Below are positions 26,832 to 38,777 of a DNA stretch of 64,000 nucleotides, piece after piece (position 1 is the stretch's first letter; each line of letters starts with the position of its first letter). Below the pieces are notes generated by a model, which was not told where the DNA came from, made no database searches, and saw only the letters and a program-made list of their open reading frames with translations. Made by a program: the position numbers and the translations under genes. This DNA is from Octopus sinensis (Eukaryota): assembly GCF_006345805.1 (NCBI RefSeq), contig NC_042998.1, positions 144,770,001-144,834,000 of the forward strand, in the 5' to 3' direction.

Positions 26832-27323
26832 ATGCGAGTATGAAAAGTCATATTCTTAAGATTGTAAACCTAGAAAAGTACAGGACAAATTATTACACTT
26901 GTAAAAGTATAAGGACAAGCTATTACTTCTAGTAAAGGATAAGAAACTTTTTATTTAAAATACTGCAGCTAAAATTAAAATTTGAATATTAAAACTTATT
27001 TTATTATAGTTTATAAATAACACTATACTTATTTAAGTAGAATTTGGCTAATTTACTACCTTAAATACAGAAAAAAGTGACTAATTAGACAAACTTACAA
27101 ATTAGCTGAACAGTTTTGTACAATAAATTTAAAAGATGTGAACAGTAAAGAGTGATAAATTAGAAGAACTGGCATTCTTTGCTGCAATATTTTAAGTAAA
27201 AAGTTTCATATTCTTTACTTTACTAGAAGTAATAGTTTGTCCTATACTTTTACAGTTGTAATAAATTGTCCTGTACTTTTTCAGGTTAAATATTTTAAGA
27301 ATATGACTTTTTCATGTGCTCAT
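26832..27323. repeat. Foldback-type element with ~140-nt inverted arms and ~210-nt AT-rich spacer
   Basis: tgaaaagtcatattcttaag...ctgcagc (26832..26969) is the reverse complement of gctgca...aagaatatgactttttca (27181..27323). Confidence 0.8.
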
Positions 27324-27902
27324 CATCATTGTTTTAATGTCCACTTTTCCATACCTACATAGGCTGGATGGAGTTTATTTTGAGGCAGATTTGCAATGGC
27401 CATATGCCTCTCCTATTAACTCTTACATATTTCTAAGTGAGATCATGTTTCCTCCATGGCCAGACATGTTTGTGCAGAATATTGGAAATGACTGACATTG
27501 TTTGTATGATAGTGACACTCATTCCACACAATGTCAAGACAATGAGACACAAACACACTCTCTTCCTCTCTGTCACAGAACCTCTAATTCTTATTTCTAA
27601 CCTTCAATCACTCCCTTTTCACTCTGTGAGACAGAACCTGAAACTGTCCAGTTTATTGATACCAACAACACACCTACTTCCTTTGGTGCTTTCTACATTA
27701 TAAGTTTTATAAGTGAGGGTTTGCTCTGTACTTCAGAATAGTTACTGTTACATAAATATTCACCAGTGATAGAAGCAATGAATAGATCTGTTCCAAAAAT
27801 ACATTTATTTCACAACCAGAGTTGTTCTAGATGAGAGGATTTACTAACAAATTGAGTTTATATTGGTGATTCCCAACAAACTTCTGAAAGGAAATGAGGT
27901 TG

Positions 27903-27938
<36 letters not shown>
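27903..27938. repeat. (TA)n microsatellite
   Basis: Direct reading. Confidence 0.95.
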
Positions 27939-27946
<8 letters not shown>

Positions 27947-28181
27947 AACAAAACAGTATTGTTGAGTGAACCACAGAATATGAAATGGAGTAAATAAGTC
28001 AAATATAAAACAGCTGATCTCTCCAACACCAGATAATTCAATGAATCTGGATGGTTATAAAAACTAAACATTCTTGGTGTATTGATCGCTACCAATCATA
28101 TCAACCACTGGAGGATAGGATTATAATTCTGTATATGACTCTACATGTTAGAAGAAATTGATTATGTATTGCACTACTTAC

Positions 28182-28309
28182 TGGGTGATTGCACATTTGA
28201 TGTCTTCAGCTTCACTGTTGAATTTATTGATGTCATTTAATATACTAAGGCCTTGCTTATGCACCCGGTCTTTGGCCTCTATTTCTTGTTCCAACCGTTT
28301 AGCAAGAAC
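28182..28309 (-). CDS. CIT: CIT exon: coiled coil (VLAKRLEQEIEAKDRVHKQGLSILNDINKFNSEAEDIKCAIT)
   Basis: tttacag|GTT acceptor, CA|gtaagt donor; 128 nt, phase 0-2. Confidence 0.9.
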
Positions 28310-30331
28310 CTGTAAAGAATTAAGTGAAATAAAATATATAAGACCTAGCAGATGAAATTGCCCTGTAAAGTTACACAGAAGCAAACAAACATTAGGTAAA
28401 TGCATACACTATATCTCATCCTCATAATTTTTTTTACAACCATTTTCCATGCTAGCATGGGCTAGACAGTTTGACCAGATCCAATGGGTTAGAGAACTAT
28501 CATATTCCAATGTCTACTTTGGCACAGATTCTACAGCTGGATGCCCTTCCAAATGCCAACCACTATACAGAATATACTGGGTACATATTTCAATGCACCA
28601 ACCCTATGGAAGTTGTCATGCAGGTTGCAAAATTAAAATCCCCTCCACTGACAGTGTGAGACTCAGAAGTCATCATCATCAACTAAAAATCCATTTCTTC
28701 ATGCTTGGATGGGTCAGACTTTCAATGGCTGGCTACCCTTCTTGTCACCAACAATCATCTATTTCCAAGTAAAGTAATATTTCCCCATAGTGGAACACGT
28801 TTTTCATGGAAGATTGGAAATGGACAACATTGTTTGTATGTGATGCTCATTTACAACCATCACAATGTCAAAATAAGGGTAAACTGGCACTCTGTTGGTT
28901 ACGATGACAAGTGTTCCAGCCAATCCAACCAACAGAACAGCCTAATGTGACAAGGCTGGCCCTTTGAATTACATGTACAAATCATTTTTGCCAACAGAAT
29001 GGACTGGAGCAATGTGAAATATAGTGGACTGGATGGTTTGGCAGGAGCTGGACAACCAGAGACCTGTGCAGGCTCCAATTGTCTGTGTAGGACTCAGTAA
29101 AAGACATTTGCCCAAGGTACCACACAGTGTGACTGAACCAAAAATCAAATGGTTGGAAACAAACACCTTAACCAAACAGGCCAAATAATGTAGTCAATGA
29201 TCTTTAACTTTCAAAGTTCAATCACTCCATTACAATCAACTTTCCTGATATGTAAGTGCTTGTTATATCCTTAACTCAGTGATACTTAAGAATTTACACA
29301 TGCTTATAAAAAACTTAAATTTAGTAGCTCTACACTTAGACAAATGATGCTTTTAAAGGCTTTCTTAAATGCAACATTGCAGACACTTAGAGTCAAAATT
29401 TTAAATATTGATGACTCAAGCATGGTATTGATCAATGTAACTTCTTCACATAATATTTTCCCCTTTCTGTTAAAAATCAGCAAAGGAGGAGAAGGAAAAA
29501 GAGGATGAAGAAGAGAAGGAATAAGGAGAAAGAGAAGGAAGAAGAGGAGGAAAAATGAGGAAGGAGAAGGAAAAAGAAAACAAAAAGTAAAGAAGTAAGC
29601 AGATCAATGCCATATAGACATCCCAACTTTTTTTGTTGACCTTCACAAAGGTCAAGCAACATAAAATCCAAACTTGATTTTTATAAATCTACTTTTACTA
29701 TTGAATCATTCCGCACCCCCCTACTTTTTTAAAAACTATATATACAAGTTATTTTATCATCTGATGTTTTCGTTGTTTGGTTTCATTTCAAAATTACATT
29801 AACAAATTATATAATATATTTTCACATTATAATAATTATGTGGTTGTGAGGTTAAAGGGCTTGGCTATTAACAAGACAGTCTTTATTTTCAACCTTGCTT
29901 ATAACTATTGTATATGTTGTGTGTTCTGGAGTCAGACAAGGTCAGAGGTTTCATTGATGTCAAGGTCAACACCTTCCACCTCAGTATTTCACCTTTAGCT
30001 TCAATGACAAAGCAGACTGTCTGATAAACTGATTCTTGATACATTGGTTCTGTTATACTTGCTGAAGATAATTGTAATAATAGCAATAACCAACACAGTT
30101 AAGAATTATCATAGGAACAACAATAAAAGGGTGTGTTGTGAAGAAAATAAAGGTGATGATGATAATGGTGGTAGTGGTTGTGGTAAAAATGGTGGTAGTG
30201 ACATGGCGGCAATGATGGTAGAGGTGTTGGTGGTGATGATGGGTGGAGGTGTTGGTAGACATGGTGATGGTGGTGATGTTCTCCTCTTGCTCCAAGAAGC
30301 AAGTATATCTCAATAAAAAATTACAACCTAC

Positions 30332-30614
30332 ATTTGATTTATCTGCACAATTTGATAGATCTTTGGTCAATGAAAGTTTGTCCTCCTGCAGTCTCTGAAT
30401 AGTCAACTCCTTTCTGTCAACCACATGCCTCAGCTCCTCCAGTTCTGCACGTAATAGGCTCTCATTAGACTCCAGCTCATTACAGCGTTCTGCAATCTTC
30501 TGGTGTTCTTTGACATTTACAGTCAGTGTCAGCTTTACATTAGATGGTTTACCATCATCAGAACTTTCGTCAAACTCAGAAGATGTCACTCCAGATGTCA
30601 CTCCAGAAGAATCC
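30332..30614 (-). CDS. CIT: CIT exon: Ser-rich linker and start of coiled coil (DSSGVTSGVT...KEHQKIAERCNELES...DLSNCADKSN)
   Basis: ttttcag|G acceptor, AAT|gtaggt donor; 283 nt, phase 2-0; heptad-rich. Confidence 0.9.
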
Positions 30615-33277
30615 CTGAAAATAATTCAAGAAGAAAAGGTATTTGTCTTGTTTAAAAAAAAAATTCAACAAACATGACTGTGTGGTGAAGAAGATCTTAT
30701 TGTTTGGGGTTCAGTCTCACTGAACAGCACCTCGGTCAATTAGTGCCTTGTGAGTGAATTTGATAGGTAGAAACTGTGTTTTTTTGTCCCTCCTATCACC
30801 ACCACTTAATACCTGGTGATGGTTTGTATACACTTCCATGATTTAGCAGTCTGGCAAAAGAGATGCCAGTGTTTATAATTTTTGAAGTCTGGTATATATT
30901 TTACTGGTCTCATTTGCCAACCACAAACTCACACATATACATACACACACCATGGTTTTCCACACAGTATCCATCTAATAAATTCTCTCACAAAGCATTG
31001 GCTGACCTGGGGATATAGTAGAAGACACTTGCTTAAGGTGCCATGCAGTGAGACAGAACCCAAAGCCATGTAGTTGCAAACTGAGCTTCTTAACACAACC
31101 ACATCTATGCCTAGGACAAAAAAAAAACTTTTGATAAATTCCTGTGGAACCATTATTTTATTAGTTCTACTTTAAGCACAGTTAATGATTTCTGAAAATT
31201 TAATTTCAAGTGGAAAAACTCGTTACCTCAGTAATATACATTCTTATCTTTCTCACTCAACATCTAAGATAACATGAAACTAATTGACAACCAGACTGAA
31301 GCAAGGGAAGAAATATGTCCATAGTTCTACAATCATCTTCCTTTCCTGAATGTGTAGTAAACTTCTACAAACATTAATAATTTGGGTAACAAAGGTTTTT
31401 ACAGCTTATTGCTAATCTTCACTTAGCTGTGAAGTTGGATTAAAACATACTTTCTGTTAAACAAAACTGAAGTAATGAAGCTTGCTTAGCAGAAACCAGC
31501 AGTCTACTTTTTTTAACAGCATAACCACTGTATTCTTTTACTGGCTAAATATAGTCTCAACCAATAATTAAAATATCTTCTTTTACACACACACATTCAC
31601 ATGTATACTACTTTCTATTTCTGTCTACCAAATCCATTCACAAAACTTTTGACAACCTAGGACTCTAGGAGACACTTGTCTAAAGTGCTGTGTAGTGAGA
31701 CTGAACTTAAAACCAAGTGACTGGGAAGCTAACTTCTTCATCATACCACCATTCCTAGACATACTCTCACAAACATATGTACTAAGGTAGCCATATTCAT
31801 TAGGAATGTTCCATTTCTTGCAAGACAACTGAATATCTATGTTTTTAAACATTAAACTTTAAAGAAACAACAGGCAATGTTTCATCTCTATCTAGATAAG
31901 AAATTGTTACCTACAATGTGTCCATAACTTTAAACATGTTATCCATATTCCATGCTTTTATGGCACCAGATAAATGTATTTTAACATCTTGCAATTCTCA
32001 CCAATCATACATTCTACTTTGTAACAAATGTAATTTCTCAATATAATATATTTTTTTCTCCCAAAGAAAATAATAAAATGAATGAATTCTTGAAACATAA
32101 ACGATTAAAAAAAGTGCATTGAATTTTCAAATAAGAAAGTTATAAGATTTATCATTGGAAGATAATTGAAGGTTATGGAAAAACACAAGCTCAAATTCAA
32201 ATTTAAGAAATAAGAAATGTAATAAATGAGAATTTAACTGCTTCATATTTTTTGATGGAAGTACGTACAAAGACTGAATGGAAGATAAGAAGTTTCTCAC
32301 GCTTCAATAAAAATCTCTGCTGCTGCCAAAGATTATTCTGTTATGACTAGTCTTATTCCATTCTTTATTTTCATTCATTTATTGCAGCAAGTATAAACAG
32401 GCAACATGGTCGCAATCATATTTTCATTGAAAGAACAGCAGCAGCATTTAAAGTTTTATTTCTCACAATGATCTCAGCTTACACTGCACATTTCCTTTTT
32501 CTGCTGTAACCTCTCATTCCACAGTTTATATGCATGACTGTCAGTATGATGTGCACATTATATAATGTGTGTATGAATGAGAGACATGAGGGAGATGCAC
32601 GTGTCTGTGTGTGTGAGAGATCAGGAGAGATGGAAAGAGACACACACACAAATAAATAAATATATATATAGATTAGGAAAAGAAATTACTGCATGGAAAC
32701 TGAAATTCCCCTTCCTCATTTCACACACACAAAAAAATAAAACTTATGTTAAAAACAGCTTTGGAAAATGTGCTTACATTATGTGTATGTGTGTATATGA
32801 TGAGATATTATCTAACTGCAATTATCATCATTCTAATATCCACTTTTCTATGCTAACACTAGTTGGAGGAAGTTTATAGACTCAGATTTTTCTACAGCCA
32901 GATATTCTTCTTGTATTTAACCGTCACCTGTTTCCAACCAAGGTAATCTTTCTCAAGGCCATACATGTTCTTGCAGAACATTGGAAATAAATGACGCTCA
33001 TTTACTACTATTATATGATAACCAAACACATACATGCACATATATAAAGGCAGTCTTTCAGTTTCCATTTAGCAAATTCATTCACAAGGCTTAAAAGAAA
33101 ATTAAATATAAATAGTCATTCCATGCATAAAAATGCATTTTGTTACGTTTTGAATATAATCTCAGAACAAGTACATATTTAATTAATAACTAATCAATTT
33201 TAGATAACAATTTTACTTCAGGACTGTGATTAAAAAAAATTTTTTTTAATCAATCAGTAAGATCAATTCATACTCAC

Positions 33278-33455
33278 GTAGATTCATCTTTGGTTGAACC
33301 AAAGTAAGAGAAACCAACAAAAGGCAAGTCTTTGCCACTGAAATCTCGACGCAATTTAGGGTCATCATATTTTGGTTGTGGTGGTAGCCTTTCATATTCA
33401 TCGAAATTGGAGGTATCATCTAAACTACTCACACTTGGTATAAAAGGAGATTTTT
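33278..33455 (-). CDS. CIT: CIT exon: AGC C-terminal tail (EKSPFIPSVSSLDDTSNFDEY...FSGKDLPFVGFSYFGSTKDES)
   Basis: ctttcag|AA acceptor, AC|gtgagt donor; 178 nt, phase 1-2; DTSNFD and LPFVGFSY hydrophobic motif. Confidence 0.95.
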
Positions 33456-33639
33456 CTGAAAGTATTAAATCACAATAAAAATGATAAAGACTGATAATGA
33501 ACATGACAATGAGAGTGCTACATTGTGGAGAAGCCATTTATTAACACACAAAAACTTAAAATACATTTTAAATTTATTTCACAAGCTGTCAAAATTTTCA
33601 CTGCATAAGTTTGAATTTATCAGTTTTGTGTGTTATTAA

Positions 33640-33859
33640 CCCTTTTGTTACCATATTTCTGTTGAAAAACACTGCCAGTATTTCAGTAATTTTGAAATTA
33701 TGAAGAATTTAGTTAAACTGTCTTTATTAAGCTAGTATTTGGAACTTAATATGAAATTTTGATAGAATATTTTCATTTAGATCACTTTAAAACAAGAAGT
33801 TGGCATCATAGAACCAGGGAAAACTAGGAGCAGTTTCAGGTGGCTTAGTTTCAAAAGGA
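33640..33859 (+). mobile_element. piggyBac-type MITE family 1
   Basis: ttaa|cccttttgttaccatatttctg...tcaaaagga|ttaa; first ~70 nt resemble the 34042 end of the deleted piggyBac. Confidence 0.8.
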
Positions 33860-34041
33860 TTAAATGTCTCTTGTACAGGCAAGTACAATCTTGAAATGAT
33901 ATACGTGTTATGTATAGATGTAAGTGTAAATGTTCATGAGTGTATATGAACATGTTAAGTATAGTTGTAAGCACCTATTTTTCAATCAATGCTGCCTAAT
34001 GCACTTCTAGTTAATTACAACTTATAGTATTATCACTTTAA

Positions 34042-35125
34042 CCCTTTCGTTACTATATTTCTGACGAAAATACACCCCTTATGTGTTTCAATTAATTTCT
34101 AACGTAATCATATATTTAGTCTGGTTTCATTAAACAACTATAACTTTTTTATTTATCAATATATTAATCTGATTTTTGGAAGATAATTTAATGAAATATT
34201 CTCAACCAATTCTATACTATAATTTTTGTCACAGAGTGACTCTAATTGCAGGTAGATACAGGTAAATTCAACAAAATATAAAATTATTAAAATTTTGTTC
34301 AAACATCGCTATAGAAAATGGGTTATTAGCTAATATTCAATTGGGTATACAACAAAATTTTACGATAGAATTTGTTATTCTGGGTAACTTTCTGATACCC
34401 ATAATAATATTTATGGCAAAATAGTCTTAATTTCATTTAAGGTTGTGGGAAACCACAAACTATCCTTTCTTTCGCTTTGTTTACATTTAGTGTAACGGTT
34501 CGTTTCTGCTGTAATGATTTCAAATAGGCTCATTCGAAAAAGTAAAAAGAAATAGTCTAAGGCTTTACTCTCCTGGGAAAGTCTGTGGCTTGGTCCAGTT
34601 TCTTCAGAAAAATCACCGAAAGAAACAGTTTTTAAATTTTCACTCCATTCAGGTGCCAATTCATTTTCTTTATCGCTGTCAGAGATCTCGGATTCACTGT
34701 TTTCACTTTCGGAAAATGAAACATCGGATTCATAATCAAATACCTCGTGCTTTTTTTTTTCAGTCATAGAGTTAGATTTATGAAGGTCTTCAGTAGAAAA
34801 TCCTTCGAATTCTGACTCGCTGCTTGATATAATGAAATTCGTATCCATTTTTTGTCAGAATTACAAATTTTGAAAACACAATAGGAACAAATTTCGGAAA
34901 AAAATCTCCCAAAATTCACGGAATTAAAATTACACTTCATTGTTGTACAAAACTGTAGTTGAACTGTTTACGAAGTATAATACATGTTTTCAGGAATGTA
35001 CTAAAGAGATTTGCTCTGATATTCTCATTTAAATATCAATAGGTAAATACGGACGGCTTTGGGCGGTTTGGTCACATTAACCAAAATCTTTTGGGGCGGC
35101 TTTGGGCGGGTTGGTAACGAAAGGG
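34042..35125 (-). mobile_element. Internally deleted piggyBac transposon retaining the transposase N-terminus
   Basis: TTAA|ccctttcgttac...gtaacgaaaggg|TTAA; ORF 34411..34848 has an acidic N-terminus and a PGBD-like LDYFFLLF..IITAETNRY..W.PTTLNEIK block; subterminal ggcggctttgggcgg repeats. Confidence 0.9.
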
Positions 35126-35399
35126 TTAAAATTTCATACGCTCAAGTTTTACCCACAATTTCTTTTTTCTATTCTTCATCACCATTTATGTGTAGTTGTA
35201 AGCTATTTTAATATTTCAAAAAAGTTCCGTCCCCACCCACCTGCACAGATCCAGATTAGATAGAACCTGAAAAGCAAAAGGAAATCTCTGTTGTCTTTGT
35301 ACTGACATTCAGCAAGACTTCTCCATATTCAATGAAAGATTACCTATATCCTACCTAGAAATCTTTCTACTCTGAACTGAAGCCAACATTACAGTTCAG

Positions 35400-35595
35400 T
35401 TTAAGGCAGTAAACTGGAAGAATTGCTAGCATGCAGGGCAAAATGCTTAGTGGCATTTCATCCATTGCTACATTCTGAGTTCAAATGCTACCAGGGTCAA
35501 CTTTGCCTTTCAACCTTTGGGGGTCGATAAAGTAAGTACCAGTTCAGCACGGGTTGATTGAATCAACTTAGCCCCTGCCCCAAAATATTTGAAAC
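35400..35595 (+). mobile_element. SINE family A
   Basis: Same consensus as the 62655 copy. Confidence 0.78.
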
Positions 35596-37155
35596 TAATA
35601 TTATTATTCAGTTAGAGATTGGTAAGAAATAAATAATGGAATAAAAGGACTAAAGAAAGCATGCTATCATATTTCTTTTAACTTTCTTTTATATATTTGC
35701 TTGCAGAAAAGTAAAAAATCATGGCTAAGGATTATCATATCAAAATTAAGGCCTGGAAATTCTAGCTGTTTTCAGTTTTTAAACACAAACTATAGTAGTA
35801 GTTGGTATCGCTGGTGGTTGATGTGTTATTATCAACAATAATCAAGAGATGGCTAGCTAGTTCTTATGCAGCTGTGGCCATATTAAGAAGTTTGATTCCC
35901 AACTACATGGCTTCAGGTGCAGTTCTGGTGTGTGGTGACTTGAGCAAGTGACTTCTAGTATAACTTTGGGCTAACCAAAACCTTGTGAGTGGATTTGGTA
36001 GATGGAAACTGAAAGAAGCCTACTTGTATATATGTGAGTATATGCATGTATGTTTGTGTCTCTCTGCTTTGACATTATGTGACAGTTGTAAATGAGTGTC
36101 ATCATCACACAAGAAGTATTGTTCATTTCCTACTTTCTTCATAAACATGTCTGACCATGGGGAAATATCACTTTGCTCAAGGGTTGATAAGAAATGGTAA
36201 AAGGGAGGACAACCCAGGTGAGATTTGACACTGCAATTGGTGTCCGCTTCAAATATTTGTTATTACTCAGCATTAATAAATACTAAACTACCTTGCATAT
36301 GCTAAGTCCCCCATCTACTCCTCAATGATAAATGGTCACCCACCCACACTCCTGGCACCTCTGTCCCTACTTCTACTCAACTCACACTTTGAGGGTTAAC
36401 CCCAACACCTTATCACCATTATTTTTATCTCCTTCTAGCTTCACCCAATCATCCCTCTCTCTTTTAAAATTTTAGTATTTATATAGCTCCGCTACAACAA
36501 GAAATCAGTTCTACTTTGGCCCCTTCTCTCATATTTTTACCCTGTTTCTCCTGGTGTAAGGCTGCCTTCCCAGGGTTTCCAGTCTTGCAAGCTGCATGGT
36601 GATCTCATTAGTGCCTGTTGCATGTTAAAAAAAAAGTAGTGTGTGTGTACTGTAAATGGTTTCATTAGGATCCTGTTAAACAGTCCAACCCATACTGGCA
36701 TGGAACAAAAAGACATTCAATGATGATGAAAATGGTGACAAAAAACTCAACCTTTTATGATTGAAAAGAGTGGAGTAGGAACTACTAATACTTATTTTAT
36801 TGTTCATGAATGGGAATGAAAAAGAAAAACAAAATCAACTTGATTATGATTAGGCTTGATCCATAGGCTTCAATCTTGTTTCCAGCAAACATCAATTTAT
36901 GGAGTATTGAACATAGAGAAGCAAATCCATAATGACACATAAACATTACATAATTGTATTTCTGTTCCAAAATAGATAAAGGGTGCTTTACCTGTGCAAT
37001 AAGAAAATCAATATATTTTTATGTACAATTTAGAAAAAGAAAGTAAGACTACTACTTATTTGCTCATCAAATGAAAAGGAACAAAACAAAAGTTGCTGAT
37101 TGACCTCTTAAAGATGGAAGAAAGAAATATCTCCAGATACATTTATTTCATTTAA

Positions 37156-37351
37156 CTTTTTAGCATTTAAACTAACCATGTCTGGCCCAAATATTCTGTT
37201 TTATGATCAAACTGGCCAGATCCTAGAATGTCATTCTAAAAATAAACAATCACATCATCAAAATTTCAAAGCTACAAAATAAAGCATAATTAATTCAAAA
37301 CAATGTGAATAAATGGGCATTACATTTGACAGTCATCTGATTGATAAAGGG
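37156..37351 (+). mobile_element. piggyBac-type MITE family 2
   Basis: ttaa|ctttttagcattt...gataaaggg|ttaa; internal sequence shared with 50002 and 57456. Confidence 0.75.
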
Positions 37352-37849
37352 TTAAAGTTTAAGCTATACTAGCATGGTTTAGACAAGCAGTAACTTAGGT
37401 AGGATTTTTATGGCCAGATGCTCTTCCTGTCTTATCTGTTTTTTCAAGTGACTTTCTATCTGAGAGGAATTCAAAAGCACTGGCCTAGTAGATGATTAAC
37501 TGACAGGAAATATCAACACATCACTAGTTTGGTAGCTCAGTCACAATCAGTGGTAATGAGGTGTTGGGGTTAACCCTCAAAGTGTGAAATGAGTAGAAGA
37601 ATTGTCAGGAATGTGGCTGGGTGACCATTTATCACTGAGTAGTAGATGGAGGACTTAGCATATACAAGATGGTTTAGTATGTACTAATACTGAGTAATAA
37701 ATACTTGAAACCAATACCAATTGCGGTGTCAAATCTCATCTGAGTTAAGCATTTTGCCCTGCATGCTAACAATTCTTCCAGCCACTTTCAGTGGCAGCTC
37801 AGTGTAGGTTGTAAACATTCACACATATATATATATATACACACACACA

Positions 37850-38280
37850 CACATGTATATGTATAGTGCATATGTACCTTCATCATTTCAACAGCCACTT
37901 TTCCAAGTTGAAAGGATCAGACAGAGTTTATTGATGCAGATTTTGCACAGCTGGATACCCTTCTTGTTGCCAATCCTTACCTTCTTCCACAGCCAGACAA
38001 GTTTTTGCAAAATACTGGAAATGAATGGCACTGCTTATATGACAGTGACACACATTAATAACTATATTGCAATGTCAAGACAAAGAGATGCAAACACACA
38101 CACATATATACACAATGAGCTTCTTTTAGTTTCCACCTACCAATTCTACTCACAAAGATTTGATTGGCCTGGGACTATAGTAGAAGGCACTTACTCAAAG
38201 TGCCAGGCAGTGGGGTTTAGCCTGAAACCATGTAGTTGGGAAGTAAAACTTCTCAACCACACGGCCACACCTGTGCCCCT
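37850..38280 (-). mobile_element. SINE family B
   Basis: Same modular structure. Confidence 0.7.
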
Positions 38281-38777
38281 CACCCACGATTGTCTTCTTT
38301 CATTTTCTATATATTATATCAGCTCACAAAGCACTTGTTACCCACCGTGCTGACCAATCTATTATAGCATTGTAAATTTTAAATGAGGTGGGGGGGGGGC
38401 AGAGAAAATGCTAATGCAACAGAATTCAGTAATTGGTTGCTCTTTCAGATGCCAACTAAGTGATGTGAAACTATTTATATAGATTTAATATGTTTAAGTT
38501 CGCCCTCTCCAGAGTCATATTTGTAAAAATGGCCTGCAAACTATGAATGCCTAAATATCACACCAATTTGGTATGAGACTTTTAGCTTTTGGTAATGTCA
38601 GTTTCCCTAGTACATATTTTATTTCCTACACCCCATACCAAATAAATACAAGATTATACAGAGAAATCATGATAGAATTTTGAATGTATACTGAATTTTG
38701 AATTTGAGCATATTGAAACTTGTACAACACTAGCTTCCAAATTTTATTGGGTGTGAAATAAAAATAATAATGATGAT

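Noticed and set aside
30044-30316. His/Thr- or Gly-rich ORFs, including the tail of ORF 30053..30601
   Set aside because: Read-through past the 30332 donor into a (ggt/gat)n low-complexity intron tract.
33427-33432. GTGAGT donor-like hexamer inside the AGC-tail exon
   Set aside because: Weak exonic context; its use would frameshift and delete the conserved hydrophobic motif; no evidence of use.
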